64,000 nt of DNA from Diplonema japonicum (taxonomy: Eukaryota > Protista > Euglenozoa: Diplonemea): contig OZ025749.1 in assembly GCA_964019335.1 (NCBI GenBank), positions 253,042-317,041 on the forward strand. Reading direction: 5' to 3'. Under the pieces are notes generated by a model. It was not told the origin of the DNA. It did no database searches and saw only the letters and a list, made by a program, of their open reading frames with translations. This document shows positions 1-12,117 of the stretch, in pieces (the stretch's first letter is position 1; the number at the start of each line of letters is the position of its first letter). A program made the position numbers and the translations under genes.

Positions 1-296
1 ACCATCTGGTATTATTTGGACAAAAAGCGGCTTACCTTCGCCGCCCTCCACACTGCCCTCCAAAAGGACGTCCTTGACCCTTGAAAAAAAAAAAAAAAGA
101 AGAATTTTTTCTGAAATCCCCCCCCCCCCCCCCCCCCGCTCTACTGAAATTACTTCTCCGAAGGAAACGACTTAATCTCGAGGGCAGCCGGTGAAGTCAT
201 TATTGTTTGGCAGTAAAAAAAAAGAAAATTCTATTTTTTTGTTTTTTTTTTTTTGTTCCCAGCGCGTGTACTGTCTACAGGGTTGATGCTTTCCAA

Positions 297-2315
297 ATGA
301 ACCGTTCGGCGTCGACCCCCCAGCAGCTTGTCATCAAGCCTGTCATGTCCCCGTACAGGCAGCGGCACTCGTCAGTGTCCGCAGAGGACACCGTGTTGCT
401 GCGAAAGAAGTTCGAGTTCCAGTCCCCCGTTGACCAGCAAGGGATGGTGGTGGTCAAGGTGGACGACACTACTTACGAGGAGACCTTGCGAAGCGAGGCT
501 GGGGAGACAGAGCCTTCGCAAGGGGAAGACCTCGTTACAAAGAAGTTCGAAAGACAGGCCGAGTCAGGCCCGTGGGTTCCTGAAGACGAAGACGACCTGC
601 TGCCCACCCCGCTTACAAGCAATCGAGAAAGCTGCCCTACCCCGCGTGAGGGTGAAGACTCCCCTGCGCCTGTCGTGTCCCGCATGGCTCCCAACCTACA
701 CGAGATTTCCCGTACATTGGCGCAAAAAGCACAGGAGTTGGCGATGTTTGCCGAGATGCAGCAGGCAGCGCCTCCCGCTGTGCAGTACCTTCCGTCGGTT
801 GCGGGCACGCCCAGCCCAGGGTACATCCAAGTGGTGGAGGAGAACGAAGCGTTGAGAAAGCGAGTCAGAGAACTGGAAAGCAGAGCACCAGTGATGGCAG
901 TGACAGGTGCACCGAGATGTACATCATTGATTAAAGTGAGGGATGCCGTAGTCGGCGTCAAGAAGATGCTGTGGGAAGAGAGAGTGCGTGTGATGAAGAT
1001 GCGTGAGGAGTGGACAAGTGCATGCGGCGACGTCACACAGCAGGTTGTCAGCGCGCTTGGCAGAACGGAGAAGCTGTACACAGCCGCGGAGATCGAACGG
1101 AAGAATCTGCACCAGAAGCTGCAAGAGGCGCGTGGGACCATTCGCGTCATCGCAAGGGTGCGGCCGTTGCTGAACGGCGAGAGGGACTCGTGCGTCGTGA
1201 CAAGAGGCGACTTCCTCCATCTCGAGCGACACAACGGGCAGCTCTCAACATTCACCTTCGACAGCGTTCTACCAGAAAACTCAACGCAAGCCGACCTTTA
1301 CGAGGAGTTGAAGTCCATCCCGCAGTCGGTCCTCGACGGGCATAACTGCTGCGTGCTAGCATACGGCCAAACAGGCAGCGGGAAAACACACACCATGCTA
1401 GGGGACTGCGGGGCCACGGCAAGCCTGCTCTCCGACATCTGCAACACGATGCGGAGAAGGGAACAGACAGGGGGCTACCAATACAGGCTGTTCGTCTCTA
1501 TTTCAGAAGTGTACAACGACACAGTAAGGGATCTCTTCACACACCAGAAAATCGATACCTTCCAGGGTGAGTACTTCGGTACGGAAGAAGAGGTTGTGGA
1601 GCCAGGAAGGGACATCTCAAGGCTCCTGGTGACAGGGGAGAATGAGCGTGCCTCGGGGGTTTCAAACCTAAACGCAAGGTCATCGCGATCGCACTGCGCA
1701 ATCCTAGCAAGGGTTGAAGGGGTCAACAGCGTTACTGGTGTAGCCGTGCAGGGCCAGGTGTATATGGTTGACCTGGCAGGTTCAGAGAGGATCCCGTCCA
1801 CCTCGCTGAGCCACCAAGGCGCCTCGCAGACCTTCTTGGCCAGCACAGGCCTTCTGAAGGAGACCCAACATATAAACAAGTCCCTCTCGTCGCTGGGCGA
1901 TGTCATTAGAGCCCTCGCCACGGGCAACCCTCACATCCCTTACCGAAACAGCAAGCTGACGAACCTTCTGAAGCCGTGTTTGAAGAGGGGTTCCAAGGTC
2001 GTGCTGATCACTACGCTGTCCCCTGCTGCTGTTGCGGCTCCCGAGTCCCTCTGCACACTGCAGTTCGCGGTATTGATTGAAGAATTTTTTTTTTTTTTTA
2101 GAGCAACCCACAGTCGCGTGCGAAGACGGTCCATCTGAATGAGTCAAAGGGACCTCGGAGCCCCAGGCCGGTCGTGTCATCAGGCAGGTAGGTTGCATGT
2201 TATTGCTTATACTCACGCACTTTTTTTTTTTTTTTTTCTTCTTCACAGGCATCGTTCGCTGCAGCCTGCCAGACAGTTGCGCTCCCGTTCCGCGCCTAAC
2301 ATTTGGGAATGTTGA
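297..2315 (+). CDS. C-terminal-motor kinesin (kinesin-14-like), 3 exons
   Basis: Coiled coil, then RGTIRVIARVRP neck, P-loop GQTGSGKT, NARSSRSH, VDLAGSE and HIPYRNSKLT. ATG 297 follows a CTACAG acceptor. GT-AG introns 2070-2113 and ~2188-2248 restore the frame to TGA 2313-2315. Confidence 0.9.
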
Positions 2316-2386
2316 AAAAAAAAAAAAAAGGGAACAAATTAAAAAAAAAAAAAAAAAAATTAGAATTCACCCAGTTTTAGTAGAAA

Positions 2387-2417
<31 letters not shown>

Positions 2418-2484
2418 AAAAAAAAGCCCTTGTTTCCCCCCTCTTCATTTTTTTTTTTTATCTCAAAAATTTACAAGGCCAGGG

Positions 2485-2523
<39 letters not shown>

Positions 2524-2545
2524 ACAGCAAAAAAAAAAAAAGAAA

Positions 2546-3670
2546 ATGAGCATCACAGTGTTCATCCGAACCCCTTCCGGGGTGCACCCCGTGGAAATAT
2601 CCGGTAACGAGACGCTTCGATCCTTATACGACAAGGCTGCAGAGGCCGCTGGAGGGATACGCGTGAACTGGATGACCCTGCACCAAGAAGACGAGGTGCT
2701 CAAGAGAAGCGAGCAGCTGGTGAAGGACACGGACCTCGTGGAAGGGTGCGAGGTAACCCTCGCCGCGAAGGAAAAACACGTGACGCTAGAAAACCTTGAA
2801 GAATCACGACCGGAGCTTGAAAAATGCTTGCAAGACGACCCCGACTTCCTGCTTGTGATCAACATCTCAAACACGGACGGAAAAAACACACTCTGCCTAC
2901 AAGCCAACAACTTACCGAAAAACCTTCACAATGTGAAAATCAACGACCCCGAGGGCACCATAACGGCAATAGGAGACTACTTCCTATCTTACGGCGAAGA
3001 GGGCGGCGACACCCTTCAAACAGTCGATGTAAGCGGGCTTAAGAACGTAGAAACGATTGGAGAAAGTTTTCTGCGCACCGTGTTCACCCTGGAGTCAGTA
3101 GATATAAGCGGGTTTTCAAAAGTCACCACCATCGCTAGAATGTTCCTGTGCGACTGTCATAACCTCAAAAATGTGGATATTTCAGCCTTACATGGGCTGA
3201 GAGAGGTGAATGAAGGGTTTCTGCTTGGGTGTGAGTCGCTGACCAAGGTTGACCTTTCTGCGCTTGTTGATGTGACAACCATCGGTTCTAATTTTCTTTC
3301 GAGTTGTTCCGGGCTCTCATTTGTGGAATTTCCTCCCTTCACGTCCCTTGTTGAGGTGGAAGCTACGTTTCTTCACTGTTGCTCGGGGTTGACTACGGTC
3401 GATCTCAAGCATTTTCACCGTCTTACTAAGATTCCCATGTACTTTATAGCGTCTTGCGATGCTCTTGCGCATATTGATCTCTCTCCGCTCTCCAATGTCA
3501 CACATATCCGTAGGGGCTTTCTTCGAGGGTGCCATTCGCTTGCTGCGGTTGATCTGTCGCCTCTGCAAGCCGTGCGTGTGGTTGAAACTAACTTCCTCGA
3601 AGGCACAGGTGTCCCTTCTGAGGAACGCAAAATTCCAGGAAACACATCGGTGAAGTACAGGAATTATTGA
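2546..3670 (+). CDS. N-terminal ubiquitin-like domain plus BspA-like leucine-rich repeat protein
   Basis: MSITVFIRTPSG ubiquitin-like start; repeated LxxVDLSxLxxVTTIGxxFL units; A-tract before ATG. Confidence 0.8.
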   Translation: MSITVFIRTPSGVHPVEISGNETLRSLYDKAAEAAGGIRVNWMTLHQEDEVLKRSEQLVKDTDLVEGCEVTLAAKEKHVTLENLEESRPELEKCLQDDPDFLLVINISNTDGKNTLCLQANNLPKNLHNVKINDPEGTITAIGDYFLSYGEEGGDTLQTVDVSGLKNVETIGESFLRTVFTLESVDISGFSKVTTIARMFLCDCHNLKNVDISALHGLREVNEGFLLGCESLTKVDLSALVDVTTIGSNFLSSCSGLSFVEFPPFTSLVEVEATFLHCCSGLTTVDLKHFHRLTKIPMYFIASCDALAHIDLSPLSNVTHIRRGFLRGCHSLAAVDLSPLQAVRVVETNFLEGTGVPSEERKIPGNTSVKYRNY

Positions 3671-3703
3671 AAAAAAAAGAAGGAAAAAAAAAAAAAAAAA
3701 AAA

Positions 3704-3895
3704 TTGGTCGGGACAGTACTCTCATACCTGCTGGGACGCTAGTGGGAGCCGATGAAGGGTGCTACTTGCCTGAAGAGATCAGCACTTGGAGGAGTCGCGG
3801 AGATTAGATCGAAACTGAGAGATACCTAGTACTGATCATACCCCCTCCCTTTTTAGGGCATGCGGCTTACGCTTTAGGAGTTTGCATGTTAATTT

Positions 3896-3937
<42 letters not shown>
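3704..3937 (+). mobile_element. Short LINE-like 3'-end relic ending in stem-loop, TTTGAG and poly(T)
   Basis: GC-richer island; terminal stem GCATGCGG...TTGCATGT, then TTTGAG and T39. Same terminal architecture as 17724-19012. Confidence 0.4.
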
Positions 3938-3940
<3 letters not shown>

Positions 3941-4119
3941 ATTTTTATAACTATATGCAAACTCGTGCCGAGCACAAAAAAAAAAAAAAAAAAAAAGCTT
4001 TCGCAGCTTTTTGCTCGTGTGAACAACATACAGTCATAAAGAATTATATATTTTTTTAGTGAAACGAATCGGAAAATCTTTTTTTCTGATTTTTTTTTTT
4101 TAAAGAAAAGACCTCTCGC

Positions 4120-4186
4120 TAAAAAAAAAAAAAACTTTTTTTTTACAGTATTTATTTGCTTATTTTCTTGTTCAAGCGCTGGAGGG

Positions 4187-4226
<40 letters not shown>

Positions 4227-5415
4227 AGATAACCCATTTCAAAAAAAAAAAAAAAAAAAAAAAAAAACAATGACCACCGACCTCGACACGGTTAGAATCC
4301 AGACCCTTGACACGGATGAAGGGACCCCAGGGTCCAAGGTCCCCGACCAGCCCGGGATGGTGTACGGGTACCCTGGGGGGGAGCTGCTGGAGGAGAGGCC
4401 CCTTTACAACTGCGTGTATAATAACCCTGAGGACCCTAGGGCCTGTTTGTTTGCCTACTCCAATAACACCAGAAACGACTGCTGCCTGGGGCCTGTCTGT
4501 AACTTGGGACACCCGAGAGGAAGGATGTACCTCGGTGCAACTGTGGGAATTGCCTTGATCGTCGGCTTTATCTTTGGTTTCACCTTCTTTTCAAAATAAG
4601 TTAAAAGAAAATTGAAGTAGTGGGTTTGCATCACAGGTTGCAATCAGAGTATTTTTTTGCTGGAACAAGTAAACAAATTTTTGAAAAGAATTGTTATTGC
4701 AAAAAAGAGTAGAGGCAGCTTGTCCGTTTATCCCTACTGTAGGTGAAAACGGCTTGCACAAACAAAACAATATGGCTTGCGCAGACATCGACCCGTCGGA
4801 GTTATCGGTTATACTATACCCGGAGGGGGCCCCCGCGGCGCCGGCGGACCCGGACTGTGCTGCCGGCTGCGACCGGGAGCACAAAACGGGGTTCCATTGC
4901 CCCCGATGTGGTTGCCTGGGCAACGAAGCGTGCCTCAAGCAGGTTCACAAAAGAGACGGAACGCACCTTCTAAAGGAGGGTTATACTATACCCGGAGGGG
5001 GCCCCCGCGGCGCCGGCGGACCCGGACTGTGCTGCCGGCTTGCACAAACAATCAGCCGACTCTTTTTTTTTTTTCCCTTTCCCTTTTCTTTTTTTTTTTT
5101 TTTTTTTTTTTTTCCAGTCACTGGTTTTCCCATCTCTAGCCTTAATGATGAGGAAGTGTCTCTAAGATCCCGGTCAACAGTACCCACGCAGACAAATGTT
5201 TGGGTTTCTTGGTTTGTAGGCCAACCCGACCATTTTTTTTTTTTTGTTTTGTTTTTTTAATTCTGCGGGCGTAGAACTTTGCTGTGCGGGTTTTAATAGA
5301 GGCACGCAACCAAAAAACCAAAAAAAAAAGAAAAAAAGAAAAAAAAAAAAAAAACACAAAAAATAAAAAAGAGGAAAAAGGATTTAGTCATCATATCTAA
5401 ATGTCTTTTGTTCCC
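4120..5415 (+). repeat. Segmental duplication copy 1 (copy 2 at ~9422-10398)
   Basis: Near-identical gene and flanks; copy 1 has an extra insert at 4659-5062. Confidence 0.9.
4270..4599 (+). CDS. Small Cys-containing protein with C-terminal transmembrane helix (copy 1)
   Basis: 109 aa after A-tract-ATG; hydrophobic tail MYLGATVGIALIVGFIFGFTFF; same protein at 9548-9877. Confidence 0.75.
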   Translation: MTTDLDTVRIQTLDTDEGTPGSKVPDQPGMVYGYPGGELLEERPLYNCVYNNPEDPRACLFAYSNNTRNDCCLGPVCNLGHPRGRMYLGATVGIALIVGFIFGFTFFSK

Positions 5416-6073
5416 TGTTCTACTAAGTGTTGTGCTGTGCTTCGACGGTAGCTGTGCCCGGTGAATTTTGCACAATCTTGTAAGTTGAGCTGCGTCGCTT
5501 GGTGTCTGGGCAAGCTGTACAAGGTGTTGATGCCAATGATCTGCCTTCTCCGTGTTGTTTCAAGTCCCGTGAGCCAGAGGGGTCCATTTTTGTATGCAAC
5601 CTTGTGCTCTTTTAGGCTTGCGATGTATGTTGTCATTGCTGCTGCGAGGTACCCTTCTAAAAAACAGTGGCCTTTTTTCGCCGTCCGGGTTTTGACATGG
5701 GAAAAAACAATTTTGTATGCAAGCTCATCATCAACCGTGGTTTCCGTGACGTCGCTAAATTTCAGTTTGTGCGACTCTTTTGTCCTCATCCCGCTTGCAA
5801 ACATGCAAGCTGCATATGCCTGACGCACTATGTTGTAGGGATCGCTGAATTTCATTGCCAGATACTCTTTCATTTGTTCCTGACTAAACACCGAAGCTTT
5901 TTTCACCTCATGGCCTTCTTCAAAGCGCTTCAAAAGAAGTGTAACCCTGGGAAAGCTCTGCATTTTTTTACCGAAGTTTCGTGTGAAAATAAAGCTGGGA
6001 GTGACATAAAGTAAAATCTTATTTTCACTCCCACCCTTGAAAACCCGGCTCGAGTTATATAAAAAAAAAGCAC
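5416..6073 (-). mobile_element. Truncated tyrosine recombinase (Crypton-like)
   Basis: SGMRTKE (Arg), VKTR (Lys) and FTGHSYRRSTA (HxxR); broken by host sequence before the catalytic Tyr. Confidence 0.8.
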
Positions 6074-7500
6074 ATGGAAGCGTGCAAGGAGGCTCACAAG
6101 CAGTTCCGCCCCTTTGCGGTGGAAACGTTTGGGGGGCTGGCAGGGCAGGCCAGGGAGTTCTTGAAGGAGGTGGCATCTGAAGCAGCGAAGAGGACGCGAC
6201 GACACAGGGTGGAGGTCTTCAACGACATGAAGGCTGCAGTGTCGGCGGCCGTGGTCGAGGGTGTGGCGAGGGCGGCCATTAGGAAGGGGAAGGTCCTGGT
6301 GGAGAAGATGGAACTGGACTCGGAAGCGGAGCAGCACTCCCAGGAGGAGAGGAGGGAGCGGGAGGATCAGGAGGCGATGGAACGGGAAGCTGCGGCTACA
6401 GGAACGGAGGAGGAGGTAGCTGAGGCGGCGTTCTACCTGACAGGGATGGCTGCTCTGGCCGCGGCGAAGGCGGCGGAGAACAAGTTCCAGGAGGAGGCAG
6501 AGAGGAGGACCGCGAACCTGGCGGCCGCGGCGGTGGTAGCAGCAGCGTCAGCGGCAGCAAAAGCAGCGGCGGAGCGGGTGGACGCGGAGATGGGAGAGGA
6601 GGAGACAGGGAGCGGCACAATCCAAAACACAGAAGCTGGCCCTGTGAGGAGCGGAGGAAGGAGGGCCGGAACCAGGGGGCGGTGGATGGCACAGAAAACA
6701 ATCAAACAGCTACCAACGCACCGAGGGGAAGGACCAGCAGGAGGCAGAGACTACGACAGGCACAATCCAAACACACAGCCGACGGGGTCGAAGCCGAGGG
6801 CATGGAGGACGCACAGGGAAGCCAAGCCATTCTTCCGGAGATGGAGTTGCGTGACCCGAAGGGCCGTACATCATCGCGCCACGCACCACGGGATGTGGTC
6901 GCGGAAGGGGAGACCAGTTCGACGCACAGGAGTGGCTCCAGAGGGTGAAACAAGTGATGGAGGAGTGCAGCGGGGAGGAGGGTGAAGAGTACTCCCAGCT
7001 GCTGCGCGACGAGTGCACCACGTCGAACGGGGGAGAGGGGAGGCTGTACGACCTTGTGGCGAGGATAGACAAGCACAGGAGGTCCGGCCCGGAGCAGGAG
7101 GGTGACTTACTTCCCCACGGGGGCGGAAGAGGGGGTGAGCTACACCCTCAGTACCCAGCCCGACGTGGATCCCGAGGTGTTCAGGTGGAGGATAGTCGCG
7201 AGCAACATGGCGAACGGCACCGAAGGGAACCTGCACCTGGTGAAAGTGCAAGAGGAGGGTGGGGAAGTGGTCCCCGTGGCGGAGTACCAGAGGGTCTTGG
7301 AGGCGCGGAAAAGACACAGGGATTTCGCGGCGGGGATGAGGCGGGTGAAACAGGAGGAAGGGGCAAACAAGAGGCAGAGGGAGGGGAGCGAGGGGACGAT
7401 GGTGGGAATCCCGGACGGACAAGGGAAGTCGGTGGAGGTCCAAAAGTCCAGGAAACAGCTCGCCCCTGCGCGAGGGGTGGAGGCGCAGGAGGAGATGGAC
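6074..7500 (+). mobile_element. Fragment of a CRE/SLACS-type non-LTR retrotransposon: C-terminal part of the restriction-like endonuclease plus a degenerate extension
   Basis: FRPFAVETFGGLAGQAREFLKEVA matches the RLE tail motif; purine-rich composition with abrupt edges at ~6074 and ~7500. Confidence 0.7.
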
Positions 7501-9268
7501 ACTAAATTTTCAAAACTTCAAAAAAAGCTATTCTAGCGCAACGCCGGGGCTATATGCCCCCGAAAATGCCTCCAGATGTCCCAATTCTAGAGAGAGGGTG
7601 CCCACAGCAGGGCCCACCCCCACAACATTGTCAAAAATATCGTTCCTGAAGTGCTCGAGAGGGGGTACAAAAAACAAGTCAAAAAAAATCGACTGTAAAA
7701 TTCTATAAAAAGCTATTTAAGGCCTTCTTGTCGCGGTTCGTACGTGCCCCAGGGCTGGGGGACTTCTTTTTTGACCCCGAGAGGGGTTTCTGGGGGGTAT
7801 CCCCGGCAAGGTGGCAGTCTTTGAAGCACGGAGTCACGCAAAGTTGTACCAAGCAGGCTGAACACTGAAATAGGGGTCTTTTCGACTTGAAATGCTTGCA
7901 CCGCACGTTGCACTACTTTTTCGGGGAAATGGTCCCAGAAGGTACTGTCACGGCGCATTGGGGTCTCAGAGCACTCGTTCTGTGTTTCGGGGCATGGTAT
8001 TGGGGCAGCCTGCTCTGTAGTTGACTTTATCTGTTGTTTAGACTGCCTCCCTAGTAGCCCTTCGATGACTGCCTCTTTGAAAGGCGTCAATACACTGTCG
8101 TTCGTACTCAGGGTGTTGGGGGCAAGGCTTCTTTCCAAACAAGCCAAGCATTCGCCAGAGATTTACCTAACAAGTACGAAAATACTTTTAGGGGCCACTT
8201 TTAAGTCATAAGGGTGCGTTTATGGCGTTTTGTCACAGCATCACCCAGCGTCGGTTCCGCCCATTGCGGTGTTGTAAATATGCACTTGGTGGGGAACAAG
8301 ATGTCCTTTCCGGCTTTCATTCTCTTTTGGCGGACGGTCAAATTTGACTTCACTGGAACATCCAACGTCGATAGAAAGCACACAGGCTTGATGTCATGCC
8401 ACGTTGTGGTGCAAAGGATGCTCGCGTGCTGGTGGAACTGTGTCCCCACGGGATGCGCGTCCTTGGGCTTGCGGCCTCGCTTCTTTGGGGCATCCATGAT
8501 CTCCGGGAGGCCTTCGCGATAGGTAGAAGTCAGCACGCTTGTTTGTTTCGCTGTGGAAACACAGATTTCCCAGAATAGTCAAAAAGCGGTCTCTTGACAT
8601 GACGGTAGCGTACCCAGGTGTAGTTGAGAAACGTGGAGCCAGTGCACCAGTAATCAGAATAATCTGGCTTGATATCCAAGTCCATCGACAAAAGGACACC
8701 TAGGAAGGTACGCAGAGAAGCAGCATCGAGATCCAGGGAGACACCTTTTTTAGCCGCATTTGCCACATTGTTCGAAGTTATGACCCGAATAAAGTTTGGA
8801 CGAGCATTTGGGAGAATATATGGAATGGCGTTGAGCCTCTGATGTCAAAACAGGGTCCACAAGGATTCCGATCTTCACGAAACCGGATGCCTTCCAACTG
8901 CTCCGGCTTTGCCGTCCAATCACCCTGCTGTGACTCGGAATCGGTCGAATTCGTGTCAGAATCACTGTTTGTATCAAAATTGCATAATAGGGATGAGCCA
9001 TCAGTGCTGCCATCACTCATAACGTCCTCTTCCGGCCTCTTTCCGGGCGCCTTTTTTTGAAGTGATTTTTAAGGGTAAATTTGGGCTGGCGTTTTTTTTT
9101 ATTTTTTCATTTTCTTGTTAAGTTAGGGCAGCATTTAGTTTATATTTTTCATATTTTCCGCGCAGGACCCCGCCGGCAAGAAAGGGCCGGGCCGTATTGC
9201 ATTGAAAGCCCTTTGCGTAAAAGATTTTTTTTCAAATCGTCTATATATAGACGCTCGTTGATAGATGG
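7501..9268 (-). mobile_element. Degenerate piggyBac-like transposon
   Basis: Frameshifted pieces LRTFLGVLLSM..DYW, TPGYATVMSRDRF, WHDIKPVCFLST and C-terminal CSACLVQLCVTPCF; one end is GG|TTAA (9269-9272); other end not found. Confidence 0.85.
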
Positions 9269-9547
9269 TTAAGTTTCTTTTTCTTATTTTTCTTTCTATT
9301 TTAAAATTATTAATCTTCCTAGTTTAAAAGTTTAAAAGAAAGAAAATGAAAAGATTGTTTGATATGGGTTCTAGGTTTTTTTAAAAAAAGAAAAGAACCT
9401 ATTCCGAGGGTGTTTAGGAGGAAAAAAAAAAAAAAAAAACCTTTTTTTTACAGTATTTATTTGCTTATTTTCTTGTTCAAGCGCTGGAGGAAAAAGAAAA
9501 AAAAAAAAAAAAAAAGACAACCCATTTCAAAAAAAAAAAAAAAAACA

Positions 9548-9877
9548 ATGACCACTGACCTCGACACGGTTAGAATCCAGACCCTTGACACGGATGAAGG
9601 GACCCCAGGGTCCAAGGTCCCCGACCAGCCCGGGATGGTGTACGGGTACCCTGGGGGGGAGCTGCTGGAGGAGAGGCCCCTTTACAACTGCGTGTATAAT
9701 AACCCTGAGGACCCTAGGGCCTGTTTGTTTGCCTACTCCAATAACACCAGAAACGACTGCTGCCTGGGGCCTGTCTGTAACTTGGGACACCCGAGAGGAA
9801 GGATGTACCTCGGTGCAACTGTGGGAATTGCCTTGATCGTCGGCTTTATCTTTGGTTTCACCTTCTTTTCAAAATAA
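9548..9877 (+). CDS. Small membrane protein (copy 2)
   Basis: Protein identical to 4270-4599. Confidence 0.75.
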   Translation: MTTDLDTVRIQTLDTDEGTPGSKVPDQPGMVYGYPGGELLEERPLYNCVYNNPEDPRACLFAYSNNTRNDCCLGPVCNLGHPRGRMYLGATVGIALIVGFIFGFTFFSK

Positions 9878-9983
9878 GTTAAAAGAAAATTGAAAGTAGT
9901 GGGTTTGCATCACAGGTTGCAAACCCACTACTTCAATTTTCTTTTGCAATCAGAGTATTTTTTTTTCCCCTTTCCCTTTTCTT

Positions 9984-10015
<32 letters not shown>

Positions 10016-10134
10016 CCAGTCACTGGTTTTCCCATCTCTAGCCTTAATGATGAGGAAGTGTCTCTAAGATCCCGGTCAACAGTACCCACGCAGACAAATG
10101 TTTGGGTTTCTTGGTTTGTAGGCCAACCCGACCA

Positions 10135-10165
<31 letters not shown>

Positions 10166-10671
10166 CTGCGGGCGTAGAACTTTGCTGTGCGGGTTTTAAT
10201 AGAGGCACGCAACCATTTTTTTTTTTTTTTTTAAATCTTTTTTTAATTCACCCCGTTTTTTTTTTCTCCACTTTTTTAGACTGTATTATGAGGGGAAGGA
10301 AAAAAAAAAAAAAAAAAGAAAAAAAGAAAAAAAAAACACAAAAAAATAAAAAAGAGGAAAAAGGATTTAGTCATCATATCTAAATGTCTTTTGTTCCCTT
10401 TTGTTCCTTCCCTCCTTTTCCTTACAATTGTTTAGTTCAAGGCAAAACAAAAAAAAAAAGGGAGGGGGAAAAACGCAGTTTTGTTTCAAAAGGTTTAAGG
10501 ACCTTACCGTCCCCCCCCCTTTTTTTTATGAGAGCAACCAAAAAAAGAAAATCCCATAATTAACACACTTCGATTTCTCTCCATTCTCTTGCTCTATTTA
10601 TTAAGCAATGTCAAGCCCCCCCCCTATATTTTGTCCTTTTACCCATAAACCTTAAGAAGCGGTAGGGAACC

Positions 10672-10756
10672 ATGCTGAGTGATCCGATGGTTTTGGTGCC
10701 CAACTTGGATGAAGGTGCAAAAATAGTAGATGCGTGCAACAATGTATGGGGAAAGG

Positions 10757-10797
<41 letters not shown>

Positions 10798-11134
10798 CCT
10801 CCCCAGCAGGAATTTCTGCTGGACGCCACTGCACGCCACACCACTCTGAGCGGGGTCGGAGTGACACTACCGGCAGAGTTCAGCAGCAAATTGGACTTCG
10901 ATGTGAACCAGCGGCGGCAGTTTGAAGGCCACCCCTTGACATCCCACGCAGCCGGCGGACTGGAAGGTTTCGGCAAACGATTAACCAGGTATATATATCA
11001 AACCTCCTTTTTCACCTCCCTCCACAGAGTTTACACATCAATGGTAGCACTTAAAGTAGAACTGGGCTACGAGGGGTCTTTAATAGGACTATGGAACCAG
11101 GACGTTGTGTACGTACTGGGGGGTATATATTTTC

Positions 11135-11172
<38 letters not shown>

Positions 11173-12065
11173 AATTAAAAATAAAAGAGTTGTTGTGCTA
11201 CGTCGATGATGTGATGGCTGTGCGCATCATGATGGCCTTCGAGGAGGTGTTCCTGTCGGAGGCGGTTTTTGAGGAAAACGTAGCCTGTTTGACAAAGGAG
11301 ATGGACAAGGCGTGCCCAACACTGATGGCCCGGCTTCGAAGGGACGACTGCTGCGCACCAACAATGTTCGGTGTCTACCGATCCTGCTGCACGACCCTCC
11401 TTTGCAGGACATTTGGGGGTCGGCCCATCCTTCCACGGCTGTGGAGAGAATGCATATTTGCACACTCACTCAAACCCATCATCCACTTCCTCGTATTGGT
11501 CATCGCACGAAGCGAAACAAGCATTGTAGCCAATTACGACAGCGGCCGCGGTATAACAGATCTCGTCACCTTGCTCAAACAAACCGTTGCCGGTCTCCCG
11601 GAATCGAAAATTGAAGATATGTTTCAAGATGTGAAGGAAACTCTTTTGAACGAACAGGGACGCGACGCGGAAAGAAGAGAGGCAACGTCCTTCCTTGGAG
11701 GATGGATGGTGCTGAGCTCAACAGTGTGTATGGTGCTGAAATATTTTTATCCGATTGCCTACGGGCTCATTCCGTCATGGGCGGTGGAGCATGGATCGCC
11801 GCCACACCCCTTTTTTGTCCGGATAGGCCTCACGGTGGCGTGGTGGTTTATTTTTTACTCGTGCTGTTCTATCCTCTTCACCAGCTTTTCCGACACAGCC
11901 ACCCCTGCCTCGCATCATGAGACAAGCGACACCGCTCCTGTGTTCTCTGCGATTATCTCAACCGTCGTGGTCTTGGTTCCCATTGTTCCCATTGTAACAA
12001 TTTACCACGGTCAGTCAAGGGAGTTTCGTCCTCTTGAATCGGAGTCGCCGAGGAGCATACCTTGA
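10672..12065 (+). CDS. Divergent TBC/Rab-GAP-like protein with C-terminal transmembrane segments, ~4 exons
   Basis: DxxxRRQFEGHP, LTRVY..ELGY, PTLMARL and PRLW resemble the TBC fold; three short GT-AG introns; hydrophobic C-terminus. Confidence 0.5.
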
Positions 12066-12069
12066 AGAG

Positions 12070-12117
<48 letters not shown>

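Noticed and set aside
2197-2607. Poly-Lys/poly-Phe ORFs and N-terminal extensions, here and throughout
   Set aside because: Translations of intergenic or intronic homopolymers.
5145-5230. C/D box snoRNA (ATGATGA)
   Set aside because: No well-placed CTGA D box or terminal stem.
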